NCBI GenBank assembly: GCA_050014195.1
Contig: JBEKDT010000001.1
Location: forward strand, 1 to 64,000
DNA: 64,000 nt
Direction of reading: 5' to 3'
Origin: Desulfomonilia bacterium
GTDB lineage: Bacteria; Desulfobacterota; Desulfomonilia; UBA1062
Shown here: piece by piece, positions 9,802-20,373 of the stretch
Position numbering within the stretch: position 1 is the first letter of the stretch
Layout of the letters: every line of letters begins with the position of its first letter
The notes under the pieces: generated by a model
Database searches by the model: none
Seen by the model: the letters and a program-made list of their open reading frames with translations, nothing else
What the model was told of the DNA's origin: nothing
Translations under genes and position numbers: made by a program

Positions 9802-10166
9802 TTATGTACAGTCTGGGTGATGCTTCATGTTCACATAGATATCTTCGGTCTATCCTGTTCACCGTCTTGTAGAGACAATCGGAAGAAATATTCTGCATGA
9901 TCTGAGCTTAACATATCCGAATATTATGCCTTTTACGACATTATTGTAATATTCTAAATATACTATTGATTTGTTACAACCGTATCATCAAGGATTTGAA
10001 CCTGCTTAAGGTCTCATCAGAACTTGTTCTACGGGTATGCCGCGACCGTAGGGCAGATATAGTCAAATTCATCTAATGTTTTTTCTTTAGTTTAACGATC
10101 AATCTTTCCGAGGAGTATAAATATATAAACTGTAAAAGAGTATTATGCATTAAGGAGGCGAGAACT

Positions 10167-11093
10167 ATGAATAAACACTGGAAACTCTTGTTGGGCAGTA
10201 ATCACACATTATTCGTTGTATTATTCAGTCTGACTATCCTGCTATCAGGATGTGGTGGTGGTCACTGGGACTTGTATAGTGGGGGTGGAAATAGTAATAG
10301 TGATTCCAGCGCCCCTGTAAGTGAATATTCAATATCAGGGAGCATAACATTAAATGGTGTAGCCTTAGCTGGAGCAACTGTTACCTTATCCGGTGCCAGC
10401 AGTGCCACAACAACCACTGATGCTAATGGCAACTATAGTTTCACAGGATTGTCAAATGGATCATACACAATTACCCCAACACTTACTGGGTATAATTTCA
10501 GTAACACCAGCGATGCTGTTACAATCAATGGAGCCAGTGTGACTGTATCAACTGAGATAGCAACATCCAGTTCCAGCTCCACCTATAGTATTTCAGGGAC
10601 AGTGACATCAGGTGGTGCTCCATTATCTGGTGTAACAATTACCTTATCCGGTACCAGCTCAGGAACAGCCACAACTGATACAAATGGTGATTACTCCTTT
10701 ACTGGACTGGCTGATGGTTCTTACACAGTCACACCATCACTTGCAGGGTATACCTTTACCTCCCCCATTGATGTTACTCTCAATGGAGCTGACTCAGCAT
10801 CCAATAACTTTGTAGCTACATCCACTACGAATCCCACATATTTCATTTCTGGAACAGTATCTACCAGTAGTGGAGTCCTGAGTGGTGTAACCATGACCCT
10901 GTCAGGCACGAACGGAACAACAGCAACTGTGACTGATTCCAATGGGGATTACATTTTTACAGGATTGGATAATGGTTCTTATACGCTTACACCTTCACTT
11001 GCCGGATACACTTTCACTCCTGCTATTCAGACGGTTATTATCAATGGAGCCAATTCAACTATTAATAACTTCACAGCAACAGCCAATCCATAA
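10167..11093 (+). CDS. Ser/Thr/Gly-rich lipoprotein with three tandem beta-sandwich (carboxypeptidase-regulatory/SdrD-B-like) repeats
   Basis: Lipobox LSGC; three repeats of the form YSISGT..GVT.TLSG...TD.NG.Y.FTGL..GSYT.TP; SD AAGGAGG. Confidence 0.85.
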   Translation: MNKHWKLLLGSNHTLFVVLFSLTILLSGCGGGHWDLYSGGGNSNSDSSAPVSEYSISGSITLNGVALAGATVTLSGASSATTTTDANGNYSFTGLSNGSYTITPTLTGYNFSNTSDAVTINGASVTVSTEIATSSSSSTYSISGTVTSGGAPLSGVTITLSGTSSGTATTDTNGDYSFTGLADGSYTVTPSLAGYTFTSPIDVTLNGADSASNNFVATSTTNPTYFISGTVSTSSGVLSGVTMTLSGTNGTTATVTDSNGDYIFTGLDNGSYTLTPSLAGYTFTPAIQTVIINGANSTINNFTATANP

Positions 11094-11175
11094 CCAACAT
11101 ACAGTATTTCAGGGACAGGTAGTGGTGCTGTAGCGCAAGGGGAGTAGCTATAATATTATCAGGTTCAAGCTCCTC

Positions 11176-12372
11176 TCAGGGTAGGTTTTCTCTAGACCAT
11201 TGAGGTTTATGAGGGCCGGAGTCAACAGATGTTACGTTCTCATCCTTTGATGCAGTCAAAGATGGGGCAGGATTTTCGGATGCAATCATAATCTTGCCGA
11301 TCCCGTTTTGATAGTGGATGACCGTTCCGAAACTTTTAGAAATCTCCATGAGATGCGTAATGATCTTTTTTGCCGGGGTGTCTCTGACGAGCCTGGGCTG
11401 AAAACCGACATCCTGGTTGTGTACATTCAGGGGATATAGGTTCACCCGCACCGGTTCATTCCCATGAAAAATGATCTTGGCTGCAAAGCTGAATACGACT
11501 GCCTCGCTCATTGACCCGAAGGCATAATTACCGAGACTGTAGAAGATGGGCTTGCCCTTATAGACCTCTATGGGCTGGGGGACATGGGGATGGTGGCCCA
11601 GCACGACATCCGCCCCTGAGTTTATGGCATGGTGTGCAAAGACGATCTGATATTTCTTGGGGTCTGCTTTCAGTTCTTCGCCCCAGTGAAAGCTCACGAT
11701 AAGGATATCAACCTCCGGCCTTGCAGCCCTGATATCCTGTCCCATCTGTGCCCAGTCGGGGTGAGCGGTCCCTGGCTTTTCGGAAGTTGCCCAGAATTCC
11801 TTGGGGAAAGTAAGGGAATAAGCCAGGAGGCCGTAACGCACCCCATGCCTCTTGAGAACGCCCAACCTGAGAGCCGATGTCAGGTCGGTCCCTGCCCCGG
11901 CATAGACGAGCTTGTTTATCATGCACTGACGAATGGTATCTTTCAGCCCTTTCTCCCCGTAGTCCATGATATGGTTGTTTGCAAGCGAGAGCAGGTCGAA
12001 GCCCGCCCTCTTGACGGCTCTGAGCGATTCAGGCATGCCCCTGAAGGTGTACTCCTTATCCTTGTACCTGTTGCCTCCCATCGTGATGGGATATTCGAGA
12101 TTGCCGAATGCAACATCAGAGGAAGTAATGATCTTCCCAAGGTTATTGTCCTTGAATGGGTAGTCGTATCCCTTTGCTTGTAAAAGGGGGGTAGCACTCC
12201 CGGACAGCATGATGTCCCCCACAGCAATGAGCGTGTGAACCGCAGCAGTTCTTTCACTGTGTGTATTCACGAGTGTATCACCGAATAATGGGCCGGGACA
12301 CCCTGCAAACAATGCCAGCATGATACAGATGCTTAAGCCCGGAGCATGCGGAAAGGCCTTTGGGAACTTCAT
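11176..12372 (-). CDS. CapA/PgsA-family metallophosphoesterase-like protein
   Basis: VGDIML, GNLE, LANNH, FHWG, GHHPHV, YSLGNY; N-terminal signal. Confidence 0.88.
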   Translation of the reverse strand: MKFPKAFPHAPGLSICIMLALFAGCPGPLFGDTLVNTHSERTAAVHTLIAVGDIMLSGSATPLLQAKGYDYPFKDNNLGKIITSSDVAFGNLEYPITMGGNRYKDKEYTFRGMPESLRAVKRAGFDLLSLANNHIMDYGEKGLKDTIRQCMINKLVYAGAGTDLTSALRLGVLKRHGVRYGLLAYSLTFPKEFWATSEKPGTAHPDWAQMGQDIRAARPEVDILIVSFHWGEELKADPKKYQIVFAHHAINSGADVVLGHHPHVPQPIEVYKGKPIFYSLGNYAFGSMSEAVVFSFAAKIIFHGNEPVRVNLYPLNVHNQDVGFQPRLVRDTPAKKIITHLMEISKSFGTVIHYQNGIGKIMIASENPAPSLTASKDENVTSVDSGPHKPQWSRENLP

Positions 12373-12403
12373 GAAAAGCCGCGTAACATATAGGTGTTCT
12401 CTA

Positions 12404-13816
12404 TTATCCTCTTGAAACGGCGTGCGATTTGCCTGTGCCTTTCTTGGTGTAGAATTTCCGTGTGCTGTCTTCGAGTTTCACCGGGTTGATATAAGTCCCG
12501 TGGTGGGTAATGCGGAAGTCGAGATGGGGCCCGGTCGCAAGCCCGGTCATCCCCACATAGCCTATGGTCTCCCCTTTTCTCACCCTCTTTCCCATTATCA
12601 TGTTTTGTGCAAAACGGGAAAGATGGCCGTATTGGGAAATGAACCCATTGGCATGTACGATGCGGATGGTCTTGCCGTAGCCCCCATCCCACCCGATAAA
12701 TTGCACCACTCCTACTCCGATTGAATACACCGGTGTTCCGGACGGGGCGGAGTAATCGATGCCGAGATGAGGCTGTGCCATATTTGTGAATGGGTCTACC
12801 CTCGAGTAGCTGAAGCCTGATGACACACGTCGGTAGGCAAGCGGAGCCTTGAGGAATGTGGGCTCAGGGGCTTTTGCAATATGGTCGCGATGAGTCTTTT
12901 TTGCCAGGTTTTTCTTATGAAACAAGGGGGCATTTTTCTTTCCGGATGTCTGTCGTTTCGCCGATGCCTGTTCTTGATCATTCATATTTCCGGACCTGTC
13001 GAGCGTTGCCTTTAGGGTATCTTTATCCCATGGAGGCAATACAGGAGAAAGTACCATGCCGCTTGCCAGCAACTCATACTCTGTCTGAGGGGCAGCCTGA
13101 ATGTCTTGAGGCAAACCGCAGTTATAGGATGAAGAAATTCTCATGGTTCTCTTTGCTGTCGTGCTGTTTGATTGCGCCGTGCATATCTTGGCAGAGTCGG
13201 GTTTCTTTGTTATGTGCTGATTGTGGCTTGAAAGGGCTTGGGTCTTCAAAGAAATATTGAGTGCCTTCCGGTTCTCATCGGGTATAGCCGCGTGCCGGGT
13301 CGTAATCGTTGATGGCTTTTTTTCTGACTTTTGCGGACCGGCCTGCGGACTCTGAGTAGAGGCGATATTCGGTTTTCCATGGGCCAGACCGATGACCTTG
13401 CCATTATACAAGACCATCTTTTTCAGGCTGGAAATCTTGTAGTCAACCTCTTGGAGGCCGGAGCCATCCGGGCTGAAATAGAGCTCCAGCACGCTGCCCG
13501 GCCGCATCTTTGTGAGCTTGTAGACGCCAAGGGCCTTCTTTGAGATATACAGGGCATCTTTCCTTGATATGCCGGACTTCACCAGAATATCGCAGAATAC
13601 ATCACCAGGTTGTATGACATATATCTTAAGCCTTGTTGAAGGGGTTTGCAGTATATCATGGGCCAGTTGTTCCTTTACCAGGTTCGCACCGGTCGGATAA
13701 GAGCTTGCGCCGGTGCTGCACGCCCCGATAGAAGGCAGGAAGATCTGCCCCAAAAAACCTGCCATGCATACATACAGAACATACCGCACGCAGAACGGTT
13801 TCTTGTTTTTATTCAT
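12404..13816 (-). CDS. M23-family peptidoglycan endopeptidase with a LysM-like domain
   Basis: HLGID, YGHL, TGPHLDF; N-terminal signal; YVIQPGD LysM-like start. Confidence 0.88.
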   Translation of the reverse strand: MNKNKKPFCVRYVLYVCMAGFLGQIFLPSIGACSTGASSYPTGANLVKEQLAHDILQTPSTRLKIYVIQPGDVFCDILVKSGISRKDALYISKKALGVYKLTKMRPGSVLELYFSPDGSGLQEVDYKISSLKKMVLYNGKVIGLAHGKPNIASTQSPQAGPQKSEKKPSTITTRHAAIPDENRKALNISLKTQALSSHNQHITKKPDSAKICTAQSNSTTAKRTMRISSSYNCGLPQDIQAAPQTEYELLASGMVLSPVLPPWDKDTLKATLDRSGNMNDQEQASAKRQTSGKKNAPLFHKKNLAKKTHRDHIAKAPEPTFLKAPLAYRRVSSGFSYSRVDPFTNMAQPHLGIDYSAPSGTPVYSIGVGVVQFIGWDGGYGKTIRIVHANGFISQYGHLSRFAQNMIMGKRVRKGETIGYVGMTGLATGPHLDFRITHHGTYINPVKLEDSTRKFYTKKGTGKSHAVSRG

Positions 13817-14018
13817 GGGATGAATCCTCCCCGCAGAATGCCCTGATAAGAGATATCAGGCTTAATTGCATTAACTGGGGTCTATACTATGTATGAAACT
13901 GAAAAGCAAGGAAAGTATTCTCTATGGATATCAATCGGATATTCAGCAAAAACAATTTTTCAATCCGCAAGATGGGGAACTTGTAGATAGAGAGAGGTCA
14001 ATATTGGGCGTCGGGATG

Positions 14019-14053
14019 CCCTCATTCCCGGGGAATCCACCCGGGAACGAGGG
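14019..14053 (-). terminator. GC-rich hairpin downstream of 14077-14352
   Basis: CCCTCATTCCCGGG-gaatcca-CCCGGGAACGAGGG inverted repeat; no clear U tract. Confidence 0.5.
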
Positions 14054-14076
14054 GAAGGAAAGCCTATCTTCCGGGT

Positions 14077-14352
14077 TTATATCAGGTCTTTACCGGACGG
14101 CGGCAACTCAGTGGCGGCCTTTTCATAGTCGCCTTTGCGTTTGTCGCGATCCCGCTTGCGCTCCTGGCATAGGAAGAGAAGTGCCGCGGCATTGGCCTTT
14201 ACATGGGCAAAGATACTCTCGGGCCCGGTATATTTATCATAGTGCTCCAGATTATATTCAAGATCCTTGATGGCCTTGGCTAAGGCCTCCTCGTGCATAC
14301 TGTGCTTTTTCTGCACCATGACCTTTTTTGCTTGGGCTTCGTATTCATCCAT
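14077..14352 (-). CDS. Small hypothetical helical protein
   Basis: SD AAGGAGG before ATG 14352; follows the upstream gene by 17 bp. Confidence 0.65.
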   Translation of the reverse strand: MDEYEAQAKKVMVQKKHSMHEEALAKAIKDLEYNLEHYDKYTGPESIFAHVKANAAALLFLCQERKRDRDKRKGDYEKAATELPPSGKDLI

Positions 14353-14369
14353 GGCGGTCCTCCTTTGAG

Positions 14370-14702
14370 TCAATTCTTAGGGGTTGCATTCTTCTCGTTC
14401 TTTTCGCCCTTATCAACCTTGTCGCTTTTCTCGGTCTTGTCCGTCTTCTCGTCTATGGTCCATTTGAACTCGGACACTTCCACCTTCTTCTTGGTCTCTA
14501 CCCTCTTCACAGGCACCGGTTTGAGGGTTATTTCATAAAGCTTGCCTTCGCCTGTGTAATTATCCAGGGCCTCTTTGAGGGTTTGGTAGATCTCGATCTT
14601 CTGGCTGCCGAACATGGTGTCCTTGATAATTGCATATTCTTTGGCATATGCCGCACTTGTGAAGAAAAGAGCGGCCACTAAGACCACATATATTTTATTC
14701 AC
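14370..14702 (-). CDS. Hypothetical secreted protein
   Basis: SD AAGGAGG before GTG 14702; signal peptide ending AAYA; Lys/Glu-rich tail. Confidence 0.65.
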   Translation of the reverse strand: MNKIYVVLVAALFFTSAAYAKEYAIIKDTMFGSQKIEIYQTLKEALDNYTGEGKLYEITLKPVPVKRVETKKKVEVSEFKWTIDEKTDKTEKSDKVDKGEKNEKNATPKN

Positions 14703-15038
14703 AGCCCATCCCTCCTTCATCTCACCTTTTTTGTCAGGCATTTTCACATAGATGTCAACAATCAACAATATCTTAGAATTCTTAAGACAAAATTTAAGGT
14801 ATTCTTTTGAGATTCCAGGATCGATCCTTTCCCTGTGGGCGCTTCTCGCGGTTATGTCGATGAACAGGGTGGTGAGTGAGAAATCGCTATGCATCATTGC
14901 CTACTCTCGTTAAATCTACCGACAACCTCAACAGTAATGAGCCATTGCGTAGCTCCTCAGATTCGATACTGGCATGAGTTGCCACGGCCTTTTAAGTGTG
15001 ATAATGCCTATATGCTATGAGTAATAAGGAGGACAGAT

Positions 15039-15233
15039 ATGATTAGCACGACGCATCTTCTCATCCTGCTGGTTATCGTACTCGTTATCTTCGGTGCCGG
15101 CAAGCTGCCCGAGGTGGGATCGGCCCTGGGCAAAGGAATCAAGAATTTTAAATCCGCCATGGATGAAACCCCCGGCAGCAAGGAAGCAAAAGGCGATATC
15201 GAGGACAAGAATAAAGGGCCGAAGGTAGACTGA
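15039..15233 (+). CDS. tatA: Twin-arginine translocase TatA/E
   Basis: [22 protein letters not shown]. Confidence 0.95.
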   Translation: MISTTHLLILLVIVLVIFGAGKLPEVGSALGKGIKNFKSAMDETPGSKEAKGDIEDKNKGPKVD

Positions 15234-15343
15234 CTTTACTAAGCCCATCCCCACCCACTGCCACTTTCTAAGGCATCACACAAGCCTGCTCCCACCAAGC
15301 ACCGGCCTTTAACAGCTATCACTCCTTGGTATTTTAATTCACA

Positions 15344-16633
15344 TTACAAGGTGCGGTTATCGATGACGCGGACGGCCTTGCCCTGGGCCGCCTGTATGCC
15401 GCCGGGCTCGCAGAGGATGACATCCGGCGTGATGAGGATCTCGTCTCGCAGCTCCCGGGTAATCCTCTTCTTGAGTGAATCCAGTGTCCTGAAATCGTTA
15501 ATGGACAGATTCGAGTCGATCTCCACCTTTACGATCATGTGATCGTTGTGGCCTTTGGATTCCAGGGTGATCTGATAGTTCCTTCCCACACCGGAGATGC
15601 CGATGAGCACCGCCTCGATCTGCATGGGAAAGATGTTGACCCCCTTGAGGATCAGCATGTCGTCACTCCTGCCTGTTATCCTCGTAATCTTATGATGGGT
15701 CCTTCCGCAGGAGCACGGTCTTTCGATGAGCGTGGTAAGGTCTTTGGTGCGGTAGCGGATAATTGGCATGGCCTCCCTCTGCAATGTGGTAAGGACAAGC
15801 TCGCCCCTCTCACCCGGCTCAACACTCTCGAGCGTGTCCGGATTGATGACCTCCACCAGAAAGGCATCTTCCCAGATGTGCATGCCGTCTTTTGCCGGGC
15901 ATTCGAAGGCCACACCCGGACCGTTCATCTCGGACAGGCCATAGGAGTTGAAGGCATCGATGCCGAAGAACGCCTCCACCTTCCGCCTGGTCTCCTCGGT
16001 GTGCGGCTCGGCTCCAAGGAAGGCATATTTTAGTGAAGGGAATTCCTTCTGAGGATCGATGCCCATGGCTTCGATCTCATCTGAGAGGTGTAGCGCATAA
16101 CTCGGGATCACATGGATAGCGCTCGTGCCGAAGTCCTTCATGAACTTGAGCTGCCGTTTGGTATTGCCGGGCCCTGTCGGGATGGTGAGGCAGCCGATGC
16201 GCTCGGCACCGTAGTGCAGGCCCAATCCTCCGGTAAACAGCCCGTAGCCGATCATATTCTGGAAAACGTCATGCCTCCGCACGCCGATCATAAAGAGGCA
16301 CCTCGCCACAAGCTCGGTCCAGGAATCGATGTCTTTCGATGAATGGTAGACCACCGTTGGGGTCCCTGTCGTGCCAGATGATGAATGGAGCCGCACCACC
16401 TTATCCAGAGAGGTGCAGATCATCCCAAACGGATATGCGTCCCGCAGATCGTCCTTGGTTGTGAAGGGGAGTTTCCTGATGTCCGAGAGATCGGACACCT
16501 TATAGTCCTTGAGCCCCAGGCCCTTGTAGAATGGGGCATCCGATGCCCTCTTTACGGTCTTTTTTAAATGTTTGAGCTGTTGTTCTTGGAGTTTTTCCCT
16601 CGAGATGCATTCGCTGTCTTTGTTCCAGTACAT
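15344..16633 (-). CDS. paaK: Phenylacetate-CoA ligase family
   Basis: SSGTTGTP, YGLFTGGLG, YGLSE, GRSDDM, GKAVRV. Confidence 0.9.
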   Translation of the reverse strand: MYWNKDSECISREKLQEQQLKHLKKTVKRASDAPFYKGLGLKDYKVSDLSDIRKLPFTTKDDLRDAYPFGMICTSLDKVVRLHSSSGTTGTPTVVYHSSKDIDSWTELVARCLFMIGVRRHDVFQNMIGYGLFTGGLGLHYGAERIGCLTIPTGPGNTKRQLKFMKDFGTSAIHVIPSYALHLSDEIEAMGIDPQKEFPSLKYAFLGAEPHTEETRRKVEAFFGIDAFNSYGLSEMNGPGVAFECPAKDGMHIWEDAFLVEVINPDTLESVEPGERGELVLTTLQREAMPIIRYRTKDLTTLIERPCSCGRTHHKITRITGRSDDMLILKGVNIFPMQIEAVLIGISGVGRNYQITLESKGHNDHMIVKVEIDSNLSINDFRTLDSLKKRITRELRDEILITPDVILCEPGGIQAAQGKAVRVIDNRTL

Positions 16634-16696
16634 GTGGCCCCCGCTCTTCTCTGATCACTTCTCGGATCAAGAGCTACCATTAACCTATACAGATGG

Positions 16697-17095
16697 CTAT
16701 TTGACCGGTAGTACAGGTACTGCAGGTGCAGGTGTTACGGGCATCACAGGGGTCGAAGGCGCCTTTGAAGCCGGTGGAGCACCGGGATTCTGCTGCGCGC
16801 CGGGTGCTACAGGTATTGTCTGGCCGGGAACGGATCTGGAGGACATGATGCTTGATGTGCTCCTATGGAGCGCGAAAAACCCTAAAGTGAACGAGGTGAT
16901 CATGAACACGACCACCAGAACCCGGGTGCCCTTGTTCAGGAAGTCCACCGGTCCGGAGCTGCCGAACAGGGCCTGGCTGCCGGCCCCGCCGAAGACCGCA
17001 CCGATGTCGGCTCCTTTGCCGGCCTGCAGAAGCACGGCCACGATCAGAAAGATACATGCAAGAATATGGATGGTTAAAACGAGCGTATGAAACAT
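16697..17095 (-). CDS. secG: Preprotein translocase SecG
   Basis: VLLQAGKGADIGAVFGG; follows tpiA. Confidence 0.93.
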   Translation of the reverse strand: MFHTLVLTIHILACIFLIVAVLLQAGKGADIGAVFGGAGSQALFGSSGPVDFLNKGTRVLVVVFMITSFTLGFFALHRSTSSIMSSRSVPGQTIPVAPGAQQNPGAPPASKAPSTPVMPVTPAPAVPVLPVK

Positions 17096-17100
17096 GTTAT

Positions 17101-17856
17101 TTATCCTCTATATCGAATTATTCTCTCGAACGATGCCACTTCAAGGCTTGCGCCTCCTACAAGGGCCCCGTCGATATCCGCTTGTGCCATAAGGCTGTCA
17201 ATGTTGTCCGGCTTCACGCTTCCACCGTACAGGATGCGGATCATACCCGACAACTCGGGCCCGAACAGCTCGTTCAGTTGCGAGCGTATAAATCCATGGA
17301 CCTCCTGGGCAATAATGGGTGTGGCGGTCTTTCCGGTACCGATGGCCCAGACCGGTTCATATGCGATCACCAGGTGTGCTGCCTGGGTTTTGGAAACACC
17401 TTGCAACCCGCCTGTCATCTGTGTGCGGATCACATCCATTGTTTTTGCCGCCTCACGTTGCTCCACGGTCTCACCCACGCAGACAATCGGTGTGAGGCCG
17501 GCCCGGAAGCACGCCTCAAGGCGCTTGTTCACCGTCTTGTCGGTCTCTGCGAAATACTGCCTGCGCTCGGAGTGGCCGATAATGGCGAAGCGTGCGCCTG
17601 AGCTCTTGACCATGGGGGCGCTCACCTCACCGGTATAGGCGCCCTGATCCTCCCAATAGATATTCTGGGCTCCGACAAACACGGGTGAGCCCTCAAATGC
17701 ATGTACAAGCGGATGGATGTATAAGGCTGGGGGGCAGATGAGGATCTCCCGGTCGTTCACGTCACCAACCAGGCGCGCGATCTCCCCCGCGAAGAGTACC
17801 GCCTCTTCCTCGGTCTTGAACATCTTCCAATTGCCTGCGATCAGGGCCTTTCTCAT
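17101..17856 (-). CDS. tpiA: Triosephosphate isomerase
   Basis: AGNWKM, GHSERR, AYEPVWAIGTG, LVGGASL. Confidence 0.98.
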   Translation of the reverse strand: MRKALIAGNWKMFKTEEEAVLFAGEIARLVGDVNDREILICPPALYIHPLVHAFEGSPVFVGAQNIYWEDQGAYTGEVSAPMVKSSGARFAIIGHSERRQYFAETDKTVNKRLEACFRAGLTPIVCVGETVEQREAAKTMDVIRTQMTGGLQGVSKTQAAHLVIAYEPVWAIGTGKTATPIIAQEVHGFIRSQLNELFGPELSGMIRILYGGSVKPDNIDSLMAQADIDGALVGGASLEVASFERIIRYRG

Positions 17857-17865
17857 GATCCGTCC

Positions 17866-19050
17866 CTATTTATCCAATATAGCCACTCCGGGGAGCACCC
17901 TGCCGCCGAGCATCTCGAGGAAAGCGCCTCCCGCCGTGGATACAAAGCTTACCTTATTCGTAAATCCGCTCTTGTGGAGTGCAGCATCTGTATCACCACC
18001 GCCCACAATGGTCAAGCCTTTGGATGAAGCCACATCCTTGGCGAGGGACATCGTGCCGGCTGAGAAGTCTTTTATTTCGAAGACCCCCATGGGACCGTTC
18101 CATATTATGGTCTTGCAATCGCTTAAGGCCTCGGAGAACAGGGTTATGCTTGCAGGTCCGAGGTCGAGCCCCATGAGGTCGGAGGGTATCTCCTGGATGG
18201 TTGCAACCTTGGTCGTCTGACCATCCTTGGCTTCTGCGGCGCAGAGAGCATCCACGGGCAGGTAGAGCTTCACGCCCTTGGCCTTGGCCTTTTCAAGAAT
18301 GGATTTGGCCGTGTTCAGAAGTTCTTCCTCTACCAGCGACTTGCCGATCCCCTGGCCGAGGGCCTTAACAAAGGTGAAGGCCATGCCGCCGCCGATGATG
18401 ATCTTATCCGCCTTGTCCAGCAGGTTCTCCACCAGCTCAAGCTTGTCCGAGACCTTGGCCCCGCCCAGCACGGCGGCAAAAGGCCGGTCAGGATTCTTCA
18501 ATGCCTTGTTGATGAACTCCACCTCTTTGAGGAGCAGAAAACCTGCTCCACAGTCCTTTATGTAATCGCAGACACCTGCGGTGGATGCATGCGCCCTATG
18601 GGCGGTGGCAAAGGCATCATCCACATAGACGTCGCCAAGAGACGCCAACTCCTTGGCGAACTCGGGGTTGTTCTTCTCTTCTTCTGCATGGAAACGCAGG
18701 TTTTCCAATAGGAGGACCTCTCCGGGTTTCAGCCCGTCCACCATGGCCTTTACCTTGTCGCCGATGCAGTCAGGCGCCATGTTCACGCTGGTGCCGAGCA
18801 GTTCGGAGAGTCTTCTGGCAACGGGGATGAGACTCTTCTTCTTGTCCACCTTCCCCTTGGGCCTGCCCAGGTGTGACATGAGTATGACCTTTGCCCCCTG
18901 GCCGATTGCATACTGGATGGTGGACAGCGCCCCTTTGATGCGGGCATCATCGGTGATGGCGCTGTTTTCATCAAGCGGAACATTGAAGTCGACCCTGATC
19001 AACACCTTCTTATTTTTCAGGTCCAGATCCTTGATGGACTTAATACCCAT
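17866..19050 (-). CDS. pgk: Phosphoglycerate kinase
   Basis: RVDFNVP, SHLGRP, LENLRF, GGAKVSDK, WNGPMG. Confidence 0.98.
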   Translation of the reverse strand: MGIKSIKDLDLKNKKVLIRVDFNVPLDENSAITDDARIKGALSTIQYAIGQGAKVILMSHLGRPKGKVDKKKSLIPVARRLSELLGTSVNMAPDCIGDKVKAMVDGLKPGEVLLLENLRFHAEEEKNNPEFAKELASLGDVYVDDAFATAHRAHASTAGVCDYIKDCGAGFLLLKEVEFINKALKNPDRPFAAVLGGAKVSDKLELVENLLDKADKIIIGGGMAFTFVKALGQGIGKSLVEEELLNTAKSILEKAKAKGVKLYLPVDALCAAEAKDGQTTKVATIQEIPSDLMGLDLGPASITLFSEALSDCKTIIWNGPMGVFEIKDFSAGTMSLAKDVASSKGLTIVGGGDTDAALHKSGFTNKVSFVSTAGGAFLEMLGGRVLPGVAILDK

Positions 19051-19241
19051 AGTTCTTCCTCCTTAGAAAATATTTCCTGCGTCGAGTAGGCGCTTTATTG
19101 CCTGAAAAAGAAATGAACCTTTATGGGAAAAATACCCGTATGTCAATATTGACCCCTTTACAAACCATTGAACATCCCGTTACATACCACATGGGGTGAT
19201 GTTTGTCATGACCGAACATGAACAAATACCGGTAAGTATCC

Positions 19242-19934
19242 ATGATTAATACAAAGAACATCAATGGTCCTGAGATAATGAATGCCGTCAGCGACCGGTT
19301 CAAGAGGCTCATAAGAGACCTCCTGAAAGGAAATATTAAACGGGCCCGCTCACTGGCTGCCCGGGTTCAAAAGGAAATACCCTCGGACGGGGAGCACATT
19401 GCCTTCCAGAATCTCATTGAGGTCCTGGCCCAGGGCCAGGCTGTCCGCAACGCCTTCATCAACCTTCCCTCTGCGTTCCCGGGCATTGGTACCATTATTT
19501 CGTGGATACTCATCAGTCTGGAGGATTTCTTTGTTCTGGATCAAAGCGTGACACTCATTCTCACATTAAGCCTCCTCCATGGGCTTGATCCGGAGGATCA
19601 CAAAGACATGGAGGAATTTGCCATAAGCGTCGTCGGAGAGGCCTACGGCCTTGAACCATCCGGTCCTGAGGGCGACTCGAACGCATTTATGAAAAATTTC
19701 ATGATCAAACTTCTGCCCGTAAGATATGTGAACTTCGGGTTGACCAGGTGGGTCAAGGCATTCATGAAAAGGCTGTTACCCTTCAGGAGGAAGTCGCGGC
19801 TCCTGCCGGCAGGGTTCGGCATTCTGGTCTCCGCATGGGACGCCTATGACACCATTGTAAAGGTAGGCCGGATTCTCATGCGGGAACTTCCCGGCAGGAG
19901 GCATCAGAAAGGATTTGATTCTCCGAACGAGTAA
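19242..19934 (+). CDS. Hypothetical protein, EcsC-like
   Basis: Long ORF with a PGIGT motif and hydrophobic segments; family call tentative. Confidence 0.55.
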   Translation: MINTKNINGPEIMNAVSDRFKRLIRDLLKGNIKRARSLAARVQKEIPSDGEHIAFQNLIEVLAQGQAVRNAFINLPSAFPGIGTIISWILISLEDFFVLDQSVTLILTLSLLHGLDPEDHKDMEEFAISVVGEAYGLEPSGPEGDSNAFMKNFMIKLLPVRYVNFGLTRWVKAFMKRLLPFRRKSRLLPAGFGILVSAWDAYDTIVKVGRILMRELPGRRHQKGFDSPNE

Positions 19935-19941
19935 GGAAACG

Positions 19942-20370
19942 TTAGAGCCTGTATACGTCCTTGTCCCAGATTTTGACCCAGTTTCTCTTCAGCACTTCAG
20001 TGGCGACCTTGATGTTGTCCACCTCCATGATCATGATCGGGTTGGTCGCCCTGCCGATGTAGGGATACATGGAGACGGCATTGATCTTGGCCTCACGCAG
20101 CGGTTTGAGCACTGCGTTCATGCCCCCCGGATGATCCGGCATCTCCACGGCTAAGACATCGGTCTCCTGATATTCGATATTCTCTGAGGTCAGCGCGTTC
20201 TTTGCCTTTTTCGGATCATCCACCACGATGCATATGGATGATACCTCTTTGGATTCGAGTCCAACCGAGATGGCCCGGATGTTTACGCCATGCTTGGCCA
20301 GGACGTCAGAGAGATATGAGAGCTTTCCGGATACATTCGCTGTCTGAAGACGAAACTGTTTGACAGGCAT
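19942..20370 (-). CDS. Tandem ACT-domain protein
   Basis: GVNIRAIS, MPDHPGGM, 142 aa. Confidence 0.85.
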   Translation of the reverse strand: MPVKQFRLQTANVSGKLSYLSDVLAKHGVNIRAISVGLESKEVSSICIVVDDPKKAKNALTSENIEYQETDVLAVEMPDHPGGMNAVLKPLREAKINAVSMYPYIGRATNPIMIMEVDNIKVATEVLKRNWVKIWDKDVYRL

Positions 20371-20373
20371 GAC

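Noticed and set aside
10025-10055. Riboswitch upstream of the lipoprotein gene
   Set aside because: Only a single hairpin resembling a decayed GTAG REP; no aptamer consensus recognised
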